Below are positions 25,401 to 37,180 of a stretch of 64,000 bases of DNA, one piece after another. The notes below the pieces were generated by a model that saw nothing but the letters and a program-made list of their open reading frames with translations, was not told where the DNA came from and did no database searches. Where the stretch lies: the NCBI GenBank assembly GCA_043228905.1, contig JBHGNT010000008.1:21204001-21268000 (forward strand). The letters run 5' to 3'. The stretch's first letter is position 1. Every line of letters starts with the position of its first letter. The position numbers were made by a program, and so were the translations under genes. This stretch comes from Azolla caroliniana. Lineage: Eukaryota; Plantae; Polypodiophyta.

Positions 25401-28400
25401 TGTTGAGAATCAAGCTCAACATAGCACAATGTGTGAAAACACCTTTTGAGAATCTATGATTACTCAAAGGTCAAGAGTCACACCACTACTCTCTACACAT
25501 GAACTATGTGTCATAGAATCATATTCTATGACACATAACTAATGAGTTACATATTCCCCATGACTATGAGTCTTCACATTCCCCAAGAGAGAGAGTAGTT
25601 GTTGTAAGTTAATGAAGAGAGAGGGTGACTCTATATAAAGCACCCTCCTCATACTTCATACGAAGTTGGTTGTGACTCCTTGTAACCTTGGGAGTACAAG
25701 ATGCATCAATACCTTGTCGTCCAAGGCTATTGGAGCTACATCAAAGGAGCACAAGAAAATCGGCCCAACCCGGAAGACGCCGACTACTCAACATAGGAGC
25801 AAGCGGTGAGTCGAGTAATGTATTGCTTGGCGAGATGTGTTCATGATCACATGCTCGGCTACATTCGAGAAGCCACGACGCCAAAGGAAGCATGGGAGAA
25901 TCTACGAAAGATTTTCTTCGCCAACACTATTGCGAGAAAGCTTCAACTCCACCAAGTGTTGAATAATATCCAACAAAGGGATATGTCCGTCATGAGCTAC
26001 ACCGTGAAGATCAAGGAGCTTTGTGATTCACTCGACTCGATAAGCGTAAACGTGGAGGATGACGAGATGGTATAAATATGCCTCGGAGGCCTTGCACCAA
26101 GATTCGGCGCGATGCGAACCACCGTACTAGCATGGGAGAATCCGCCCTCGTTCTTCGATCTTCAATCCATGTTGTTGGTCGAAGAAAACCATGTTCGAAC
26201 AAGGAGTAGCGCCTCGGATGGCCAAATGTTCTACACGCATTCGGACGGAGGAAGAGGACGCAGCCGTGCAAGAAGAGGTCAATTCGGCCAAGGATGAGGT
26301 GGACCGATTTATGAAAACAACTCTCAATTACCGCAACAAGATGGAGGCCATCGGGGAACCTTCGGAAGAAGGGGGACCCACCATTCCGGTCTGAGCCAAC
26401 AAACCTCAATCGAATGTGGATATTGCAGGAAAGTCGGCCACCACGAAGAAGAATGCCGTAAGAAGATACGCGAGTCAGCTTCCACTAGCCGACAACTCAC
26501 CAACTACGCCATCAACTCCGACTATGATGATCGCGGCGGAATGTTCGTGATGAGACATAGAGCACATTCTATGTCGACCTCTACTTCTACTAATGCCTCT
26601 GGTCCGGAAGACGTATGGTTCGTCGATTCCGGTGCCTCGAACCATATGATGTCACATCAAGAATGATTCTGAGAACTTTGAGAGCCGGACCGACCCGACT
26701 ATGTCGAAACCGAAGACGATACTACGCACCTAATTCGGCACATCGGCAATGTTCCATTCGGAGAAGAAGGTAAGAAAAATTATATTAAAAATGTCTTGCA
26801 TGTACCAACTATCACGAAGAATTTGGTCTCCGTCGGCCAAATTGTAGAGCAAGGAATGCAAGTACGATTTAATCAAGGCGGTTGCTTCATCGAAAAAGAA
26901 GGCCGACTCATCGCACGCGGACGAAGAGAGGGCCGAATCTTCATTCTTGACTCACACGAGATGAAATCAGCCATGTTCGCAAAGGGCATGAAAGCCGATT
27001 CTGACATAGAGTTATGGCACAAGCGGATTGGCCATATCAACCTCCAAAAGCTCAAGGCAATGCAATCAAAAGGAGTCGTCATCGGGCTCCCGACATTCAC
27101 GGAGAAAGAGATTGAAGGCGTGTGTGCCGCTTACCAATTTAGCAAGCAACATCGGCACCCATTTCTGAAGGAGCGGAACGTGAGCAAAGGCGTACTCAAC
27201 ATAATTCATTCCGATGTATGGGGTCCGGCTCAAACGGCGACATTTGGTGGATGCCGATACTACGTGACCTTCATCGACGACTTCTCTAGGCACGCTTGGA
27301 TCTACCCGATGCGACAAAAGAGCGAAGTGTTCAGACACTTCCAAAAATTTAAGAATGAAGTCGAGAAAGCCACGGGCCGACATGTATGATGTCTTCGGTC
27401 GGTTGGAGGCAAGGAGTACTTCTCTGACGAATTTTCGGCATTTCTATGGAAAGAAGGAATACGAAGAGAGTTTTCGTGTCGACATACGCCACAACAAAAC
27501 GAAGTGGCCGAACGCAAGAATCGGCACATCCTCGAAGTGGCACGGGCTATGCTTAACGAAAAGCACATGCCGAAATCGTATTGGGCGGAAGCAGCTAACA
27601 CGGCCGTCTATCTCATGAATCGGTGTACGACATCGGGTGTGCACGAACTTACTCCACATGAGAAGTTCTTCGGAAAGAAGCCGAACCTATTGCATGTTTG
27701 GATATTTGGCTCCATTGCGTACGTGCACTTCCCCGACGAGAAGCGTCAAAAACTTGACCCAAAGTTGGAGAAATGTATCCTTGTAGGATACTCACTAGAG
27801 CAAAAGGGGTACAAGTGCTAAAACCCCTCAACTCGAAAATCTCGAGTAAGTCGAGACGTCGTTTTTGATGAGCCCGCACCCTGGTACGCACCAGATACAA
27901 CTTCGACTCCGATTCCGCTCGACCCGGAATACGTTGAACAAGAGATAGAGGATGAAGATCGCCTTACACGCATGTTCAAAGAAAGTCCGATCATGAACCG
28001 ACTGAGCGGACCACAAGAGCCTTTGAGCGATCAAAGCACATCTCGGCCGAGTCCAAAGATGGACAAAGGGAAGGAGAAAATGCTGGAGTATGAAGACGAT
28101 CACTTCGACGACAACGAATCAACTCACTCCCTCGATAGTGAGTTCGAAGGCCTTGAGATCCGGACAAATGGAGCAGAGAACGGCGTAGTATCTACAAACG
28201 AGAAGCTCCGTCGATCTACCCGTGAAAAGAACCCCGTAAGCCGATTCGACTACAATGATTATATGGCGTACTATTACGCTTTTATGATGAAGGTCGCAAC
28301 AATACGGGAGCCGGAAACCTTTTCCGAAGCTGCGAAGGACCCACGATGGATCGAAGCAATGAACAAGGAGATGCATGCATTACACAAGAACGAGACAAGG

Positions 28401-30404
28401 GATCTCGTTCCCCACTCACCGCACAAGAAGGCAATTGGCTGCAGATGGATCTGCAAGGTGAAGTATAATGTCGACGGCTCCGTCAACTGTTACAAAGCTC
28501 GACTCGTAGTGAAAGGATAGGCACAAAGACATGGCGTCGACTACAAAGAGACCTTTGCCCCAGTGGCAAAGATGACAACGGTGCGGACCATGATCGTACT
28601 TGCAGCGGCAAAAGGGTGGCACCTCCACCAAATGGACGTCAAGAACGCCTTTCTTCAAGGCGAATCAGATGAGGAGGTGTACATGGTACAACCACCCGGC
28701 TTCGAATCGTGCATTCATCCAAAAGTCGTATGCCAACCCAAGAAGCCTCTCTACGGTCTCAAGCAAGCACTGCGTGCTTGGCATTCGAAGATTACGCAAT
28801 ATCTTCATCAAATTGGCTTTCGAATGTAAAAATCCAACAACTCCATCTATGTACGACATGACTCTAGAAGCTTAATTGTCATCATCCTATACGTGGATGA
28901 TCTGGTCATTGGAGGTGAAAGTGTAGTCGACATCAACAAGGTCAAGTCCTTCCTCTCCGGAAAATTCGAGATGACGGACATGAAGGAGGTCCATTACTTC
29001 CTTGGCATTGAAGTAATTTGGATTCTAGCCGGCATTATGATCTCTCAACAACACTACATTCTCAACTTGTTATACAAGTTCCAGATGACTGAGTGCAAAT
29101 CGGTCGCTACGCCTCTCAATCGAAACCTCAAACTAGATGCTGACTCCGGCACAAACGAGTGCGAGCCGACCCAATATCGTCAACTGATCGGGAGCCTCAT
29201 CTATCTCATGATCACTCGACCCGACCTTAGCTATCTAGTCGGACTCCTTAGCCAATTCATGCAAAAACCATGCGACATTCACTTGGATTGTGCTAAGCGA
29301 GTATTAGGATACGTGAGCGGCACAATGGATTACGACATTCTCTACGCATCAGCCACACGAATACGACTCAAAGGGTACACAGGCGCGGACTGGGCTGGCT
29401 ACAAAGCCGATCGACGATCAACCTCTGGATTTGTCTTCTCCCTTGACAGCAGAGCGATTTCGTGGAGTAGCAAGAAGCAGCCTACCGTCGCTCTTTCGAG
29501 TACGGAGGCGGAATACAGGGGCGCAACCGTAGCTGCATGTGAAACCGTATGGCTCAAGAGGATTTTGAAGGATTTGGGCGTTCCCATCAAGGATCTGACT
29601 CCCCTTTACTGCGACAACATGAGTAGTATATATCTGGCCCGGAACCCGATGTTCCACGCATGCACAAAGCATATCGAAGTGCACTATCACTTCATTCAAG
29701 AGCGCGTACAGGCCGGACATGTGGACCTTCAACACATCAGCACGAATCTTCAGATGGGTGACATCTTCACCAAAGCCTTAGGAGCTGACAAGCTTCGGCA
29801 ATTCATGTCAGACCTTGGATTGACGATCCCTGAGTTGCCAAGCTTAAGGGGGAGTACAAGCGAGAACCAGATACTGTCCGAACCGGATACCAACGGAAGC
29901 GGACATCAATCGAAAGGAACCAACCCGAGTTGAGCTTGAGGGGGCGTGTTGAGAATCAAGCTCAACATAGCACAATGTGTGAACACACCTTTTGAGAATC
30001 TATGATTACTCAAAGGTCAAGAGTCACACCATTACTCTCTACACATTAACTATGTGTCATAGAATCATATTCTATGACACATAACTAATGAGTTACATAT
30101 TCCCCATGACTATGAGTCTTCACATTCCCCAAGAGAGAGAGTGGTTGTTGTAAGTTAATGAAGAGAGAGGGTGACTCTATATAAAGCACCCTCCTCATAC
30201 TTCATACGAAGTCAGTTGTGACTCCTTGTAATGCTATTTTGTATTTCATATTCTACTTGTTAATATACATCTCCTTCTTCTTCTTGAGTACTTCATATTG
30301 TCTCTTATCTATATTGTGTTTCTCTCCTCTCCTCTCTTCTCTCACACATACACACATAACTCACATCTCTTCCGCTTCACAAGAATCACCATTGATTCTT
30401 TACA
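25401..30404 (+). mobile_element. Ty1/copia element (inner) of the same family, inserted in inverted orientation
   Basis: Perfect TSD CAGAC (25396-25400 and 30405-30409). 5' LTR 25401-25685 is truncated; 3' LTR is 29947-30404. PPT GAGGGGGCG at 29938-29946. Gag, protease (WFVDSGASNHM), integrase (HSDVWGP), RT and RNase H are present with stops. Confidence 0.95.
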
Positions 30405-33043
30405 CAGACAATATCCGGTTCTCTCTTGTACTCCCCCTCAAGCTTGGCAAGTCAGGGATCGTTAATCCAAGGTTTGAAATGAATTGCCGAAGCTTGTCGG
30501 ATCTTAAGGCTTTGGTGAAGATGTCGACTGTTTGAAGATGCGTGCTGATGTGTTGAAGGTCAACATCTCTTGCCTGAACATGCCCTCGAATGAAGTGATA
30601 GTGCACTTCAATATGCTTCGTGCATGCGTGGAACAATGGGTTCTGAGCCAGATAAATAATGCTCATATTGTCATAGTAGAGGGGAGTTGGATCCTTGACG
30701 GGAATGCCTAGATCCTTCAAAATCCACTTAAGCCATACGACTTCACATGCAGTCACGATTGCACGCCTGTATTTAGCCTCTACGCTTGAAAGTGCAACAA
30801 TCGGCTACTTCTTGCTACTCCACGAAATCGCTCTGCTGCCGAGGAAGAAAACAAATCTGAAGGTTGATCGTTGATCGGCCCTTTAGCTGGTCCAATCGGC
30901 ATCTGTGTACCCTTTGAGTCGAATTGGTCTGGCCGATTCATAGAGAATACCACAATCCATTGTGCCGCTCACGTATCGTAATACTCGCTTAGCGCAATCC
31001 AAGTGACAGTCTCGTGGTTTTTGCATGAATTGGTTGAGGAGACTGACTAGGTAGCTAAGGCCGGGTTGAGTGATCGTGAGATAGATGAGTCTCCCGATTA
31101 GTTGTCGATATTGAGTCGGCTCACACTCTTTTGTGCTGGAGTCGACATCAAGTTTGAGATTTCGATCAAGAGGGGTTGCAACCAATTTACACTCAGTCAT
31201 CCCGAACTTGTATAACAAGTTAAGGATGTAGTGTCGTGATGAGATCATAATGCCGATTGGAGTCCGAATTACCTCAATGCCAAGGAAGTAATGGAGCTCC
31301 TTCATGTCCATCATCTCGAATTTGCTGGAGAGGAGGGACTTGACCTTGTTGATGTCGACTAGATTTTCACCTCCAATGACCAAATCATCCACATATAGAA
31401 TGATGACAATCAGACTTCCTGAATCGCTTCTTATGTAGAGGGAGCTGTTGGATTTCAACATTCAGAAGCCGATTCGATGAAGATATTGTGTTATCTTTGA
31501 ATGCAAAGCACGTGGTGCTTGCTTAAGGCCGTAGAGAGGCTTCTTGAGTCGACAGACGACTTTCGGATGAATGTTGGATTCGAAGCCGAGTGGTTGTACC
31601 ATGTACACTTCCTCTTCTAATTCTCCTTGAAGAAAGGCGTTCTTGATGTCCATCTGATGGAGGTGCCATCCTTTCACTGCAACAAGTGCAATCACGGTCC
31701 GCACAATCGTCATCTTTGCCACTGGGGCTATGGTCTCTTCATAGTCGACTCCATGTGTTTGTGCATATCCTTTCGCTAAAAATCAAGCTTTGTAGTGGTT
31801 TACAGAGCCGTCGTAATTATACTTCACTTTGTAAATCCATATGCAGCTGATTGCCTTCTTCTACGGTGAGTGGGGGACGGCCCTGTCTCGTTCTTGCATA
31901 GTGCTTGCATCTCTTTGTTCATTGCTTCGACCCATTGTGGATCCTTGGTTGCTTTGGAAAAACTTTTTGGTTCTCGAATTGTCTCCACCTTCATCATAAA
32001 GGCATATTGGTATGCCATATATTAATCGTTGTAGCCGAATTGGCTAATAGGATTCTTCTCACGGGTGGAGCAACATAGTTTTTCATTTGCCATTGCAATG
32101 GCTTTCTTTACCCCAGGTGTCCTCATGGTAGGTACATTGAAACCACCGAACTCACTGTTGAGGGACTGAGTCGATTCGTTGCCGTCGAATTGATCATCTT
32201 CATATTCCGACATTTTTGCCTTGGCTTTGTACATCTTTGGACTAGGTTGAGATGTGCTTTGGTCGCTCGGGGGCTCATGTGTTCGAGTTGATATCCATCT
32301 TCTATCTCTTGTTCGACCGATTCCAGGTTGACTGGGGTCGGAGTCGGAATCGTCTTTGGTTTGTACCAGTATGCCGATTCGTCGAAACAACATCCCGACT
32401 CACTCGAACCTTCCGAGTAGAGAGGTTGTGTATCCTACGAGGATACATTTCTCCGACTTGGGATTTAGCTTTTGCTGCTTCTCGTCGGGGATGTGCATGT
32501 ATGCAAGTGAGCTGAATATCCTAACATGGGACATATCCGGCTTCTTTCCATAGTACTTTTCATGCGGGGTAACCTCATGCACACTGGATGTTGTGCACCG
32601 GTTCATGGGGTAGACGACAATATTTGCTACTTCGGCCCAATATGACTTTGACATATTCTTTTCGTTCATCATGGCCCATGCTACTTTGAGGATGTGTCGA
32701 TTTTTGCGATCGGTTCCTCTGTTTTGTTGCGGTGTATGTCGACACGAAAACTCTCACTGAATTCCTTCTTTTCGGAAAAATGCCGAAAATTCGTCAACAA
32801 AGTACTCTTTTCCTCCGTCCGACTGAAGACATCATACATGTCGACATGTTTCCTTTTTGACTCCACTCTTGAATTTTTGGAAGTGTGAGAATGCTTCACT
32901 CATTTGTCACATGGGGATGATCCATGTATGCCTAGAGAAGTCGTCGATAAAGGTGACATAGTATCGGCATCCTCTGAATGTTGCCATCTCAATTGGTCCC
33001 CATACATCGGAATGAATTACGTCAAGTATACCTTTGGTCACGT

Positions 33044-34274
33044 TGTTGTGAAAATCCGTCACTATGTGCGGATCGTGAGGCAGAACTGCCGGGGTTCTAG
33101 ACCGGAAGGATTTGAAGTTTGTACTAGCTTTAGCGAGAAAGTATTTAAGATAGATTGAGAGAGATTGATATGGAGAAAGAGAGAGATTGAGATAAAGATT
33201 AAACGCTTAACTTTAGATTTGAGAGACAAGATACATCAACAATAGGATAACAAGTTTCTTATTTTTCCCAAATTTTTTATTAGTTTTTTCTTGCTTGATT
33301 CCTCCACTCTTTTATAGATGCCCCCATGCATATGGTGCATGTGAGGGTGCAAGACATGCACGTAATGCATGTTTGCCATGTCATCATCTAAGCTCTCATG
33401 TATGAGAATTTACATGTAAAATGATCAAAGTAAAACTTTTGAAGATATGACTTGGCTTAATGGTAAGCCTATTGACTTTCAACTTGGAGGTGCAAGGTTC
33501 AAATTCTTACTTGCACCCCTTTGTATACAAATTTTTTCTTTTTACTAGGCTTTTTAGTCTTGTTTTTACAAATGTTTAAGTGCATATTACACCGTCACTT
33601 GACCTCCAAAGAACTAGAGGATTTTGTTTGTTTCACACCGGAAAACTTCAAGACATCGTACGTCGCGATAAATCTACCTATCCGGTCTGGTCCCATTCGT
33701 TCGATCCGGCCCGGCCCGCATGCCATCCGGTTCCATCCGTCCGGTTCGGTCCGGTCCCATCTGGTTCCTTCCGGTCTGCATCCCGATCCGGTTCTGTAGC
33801 TATCCGGTCGCCATTCGGTCACCATCCAGTTTTGGTTCTGTCACCTTCCGTCTGCCGGTCCGGTTCAGTCCGGATTCGTCCAAAACCAATGAACTTGGTT
33901 GCATCCATTCGTAAAGTCACACAACTCAACCTTTCTATGCTCCAAACACATAGATATATTATTAAGAGATATTGGTCTGCTTATATACTCTGGGATCCTT
34001 ATTTGTCCTGTCTATGTGGGATATCTCACAGTTTTGTTTTTCTCTTCTTCTTCGCAATCTTCATACCCACATAACTTGACACTTAGTTGTCCGTTTCTTA
34101 TGTAGTAAAGTGCATTCGAAAGCTCTTGAAAACCTTCATCTTTTCGTACCAAGATATTAAAATTATTTAGAATAGTATTTTCACTATTATTGTTTCATAT
34201 CTTGTGAGAAGAACCACACTCGATTTTGTATGCTCCTCACAATTTACACACTATCGCCGAAAATCTTCATGACA
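33044..34274 (-). mobile_element. Solo LTR (about 1.23 kb, probably Ty3/gypsy) inserted in the outer copia integrase region
   Basis: Termini TGTTGTGAA...TTCATGACA with a 4-bp TSD ACGT (33040-33043 and 34275-34278). Removing it restores the host reading PKERNVTKGILDV. Orientation is inferred from a minus-strand TATA at about 33310. Confidence 0.85.
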
Positions 34275-36569
34275 ACGTTCCTCTCTTTTGGGAACAGGTG
34301 CCGGTGTTGCTTGCCGAATTGGCAGGCTGCACATATGCCTTCAATCTCCTTCTCTTTGAAGGTCAGGAGCCCGATGACGACTCTTTTTGATTGCATTGCC
34401 TTGAGTTTATTGAGGTTGATGTGGCAAATCCTCTTGTGCCACAACTCTATGTCTGTGTCGGATTTGGTGCCTTCTGCAAACATGGACGATTTCATCTCGT
34501 CCGAATCGAGAATGAACATTTGACCTTCCCTTCGACCTCGAGCGATGAGTCAACCCTCTTTTTCGATGAAGCAACCACCGTGGTTAAATCGAACTTGCAT
34601 GCCTTGCTCCACAATTCGGTCGACTAAGACAAAATTCTTCGTGATGGTCGATACACACAAGACATTCTTAATGTAATTTTGGTTACCTTCTTTGTCAAAT
34701 GGAACATTGTTGATGTGCCGAATCGAATGACTAGTGTCGTCTCTGGTTTCGACATAGCTGGGTCGATCTGGCTCTCGAAGTTCTCAAAACCATTCTTGAT
34801 GTGACGTCATATGGTTCAAGGAACCGACGACGAACGATACATCTTTCGGACCTGAGGCACTAGTTGAAGTAGAAGTCGACATAGAATTTCCTCTATGTCT
34901 AATCACGAACATTCTGTCATGGTCTTCATAGTCGGAATTGGTGGCATAATTGGCTAGTTGTCGGCTAGTGGAAGCCGACTCATGCATCTTCTTTTGACAC
35001 TCTTCTTCATGGTGGCCGATTTTGCTGTAGTATTCACATTTGATCGAGTTTTGTCGGTTTGGATCAGCATGGTGGCTCCCCCTTCTTCCGAAGGTTCCTC
35101 GATGGCTTCCATCTTGTTGTCGAAATTGGGAGTTGTTTTTGTGAGTCGGACCTTGTCCGCCTCATCCTTGGCCGAATCGGCCTCTTCTTGCTCGGCCGTG
35201 TCCTTTTCCTTCGTCTGAATGTGTGTAGAGCATTTGACCTTTCGAGGTGTTGCTCTTGGTTCGAACATGGTTTTCTTCAACCAATAACATCGATTGAAGA
35301 TCGAAGAAAGAGGGAGGATTCTCCCTTGCTAGGACGACAATTGTTGTCATTGTGCTGAACCGTGGTGCAAGGCCGCTGAGGCATATTTGCACCATCTGAT
35401 CATCCTCCATGTTGACGCTTATTGAGCCGAGCGAGTCACAAAGTTCCTTGATCTTCAATGTGTAGCTCGGGATGGACATGTCCCGTTGTTGGATGTTGTT
35501 CAGCTCTTGGCGGAGTTGAAGCTTTCGTGCCATCGTATTGGCAACAAATATCTTCTTGAGATTCTCCCAAGCTTGCTTTGGCGTCTTGGCTTCTCGAATG
35601 TAGTCAAGCATGTGGTCATGAAAACATGTTGCCAAGCAATACATCACCCGGCTTGCGGCTTGCTCCCCATGTTGAGTATTCGGGAGTCGTTGGGTTGGGT
35701 CGATTTTATTATGCTCCTTTGATGTAGCTTTAATAGCCTTGGCCGACAAGGTATTGATGCATCTTGTATTCCCAAGATACAAAGTTGTTTCTGTCCAACT
35801 TTTTGATAGGGACAATGCTCCCCATTTGAGTATTCATTATGTCGATGAAGACTTCTTCCTTCTTTTCCTTCTCTCTCGAACATGAGCTATGTAGTCGCAC
35901 TACGATAGCGATGAGCTGATTCTTCTTGAATGTCGGCGTAGAACAGAACACACGTGAATGGGCTAGATCGAGCTACCAAATTGCTCTGATACCATGTAAA
36001 GAATCGGATATGATTCTGTGCAATAGAAGAGATGTGTGTGTGTGTAAGAGAGAGGAGAGGAGAGAAACACAAGTTAGATTAGATAGAATGGAAAAATAGA
36101 ATACTCAAGAAGAAGCTGTATATTAACAAGGAATATGAGATACAAAAAATGTAGCATTACAAGGGAGGACAACCAACACTCTATGAAGTAGGAGGAGGGT
36201 GCTTTATATAAGGTCACCCTCTCTCTTTAATAACTCACTACAACAACCACTCTCTCTTGGGGAATGTGGAGACTCATTAGTAATGGGGAATATGAAACTC
36301 ATTAGTTATGTGTCATAAAATATGATTCTATGACACATACTTAATGTGTAGAGAGTAGTGGTGTGACTTTTGACCTTTGAGTGCTCATAGATTCTCAAAG
36401 GGTGTGTTCACACACAAGGCTAGTTTGAGCTTGATTCTCAACAATTAATTAGTAGAAGTACGATTAAGGTAGGGTTAGGTGGGTTTTGGGTTAGGATAAA
36501 GTTAGTTAGGATATTGTTATGATTAGTAAGATTAATTAGGATTATTTAATGTTTTGTAGTTACTTTAAA

Positions 36570-36648
36570 TATGTATAAGTATAGTTACTTTAACATGTAT
36601 AAGTATAGTTACTTTAACATGTATAAGTATAGTTACTTTAACATGTAT
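36570..36648. repeat. 24-bp tandem repeat, about three units, in an AT-rich tract
   Basis: ATGTATAAGTATAGTTACTTTAAC repeated. Confidence 0.9.
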
Positions 36649-37180
36649 ATATTTTTATATATAAAAATATGAAAACATAAAAACATAAATACCTACTATA
36701 TAAAAAGAGATGTATAAATATAGTTACTTTAAATAAATATAAATATAGATGTATAAATACATATAATAATTTATTAATATATATGTAATCATATTAGTGT
36801 AGCTAGGAATACATATAATTAGTTATGAAATATATATATCAATTATATATATATAAATGTTTAGAAATAAAATAAATAAATAAATAAATTGTAAAGATAT
36901 AATAAATTCATATAAATACATATATAAAGGAACTTATACGTATATATCTAATACATATATAACTATATATATATGCATATTCATGTGTTGGATGGTCTCT
37001 TATATTGGTCAAGGAGGATCTCATTTAAACAAGACAGGTTCATTTTGAGAGAAACAACTATGCTAGAGGAATGGATAAGTTATGGACATTGAGGTGTTAC
37101 TATTTTTAACTCATTGGTGATGAGCAAGTCACTTATCTTACAACACACATGCATATGGTGTTTGATATATCATCAGATAT

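Larger units (their letters stand above)
24878..36443 (-). mobile_element. Full-length Ty1/copia element (outer), degenerate, carrying two nested insertions
   Basis: LTRs at 24878-25330 and 35995-36443 (TGTAAAGAATC...ATTCTCAACA on +). iMet PBS at 35983-35994, PPT at 25331-25342, TSD GTTAA/ATTAA. Gag-PR-INT-RT-RH fragments at 30410-35840 (e.g. QMDIKNAFLQG, LYVDDL, TKHIEVHYHF). Confidence 0.95.

Noticed and set aside
33445-33520. Functional tRNA gene
   Set aside because: A and B boxes are present, but I could not build a convincing acceptor stem or anticodon arm.
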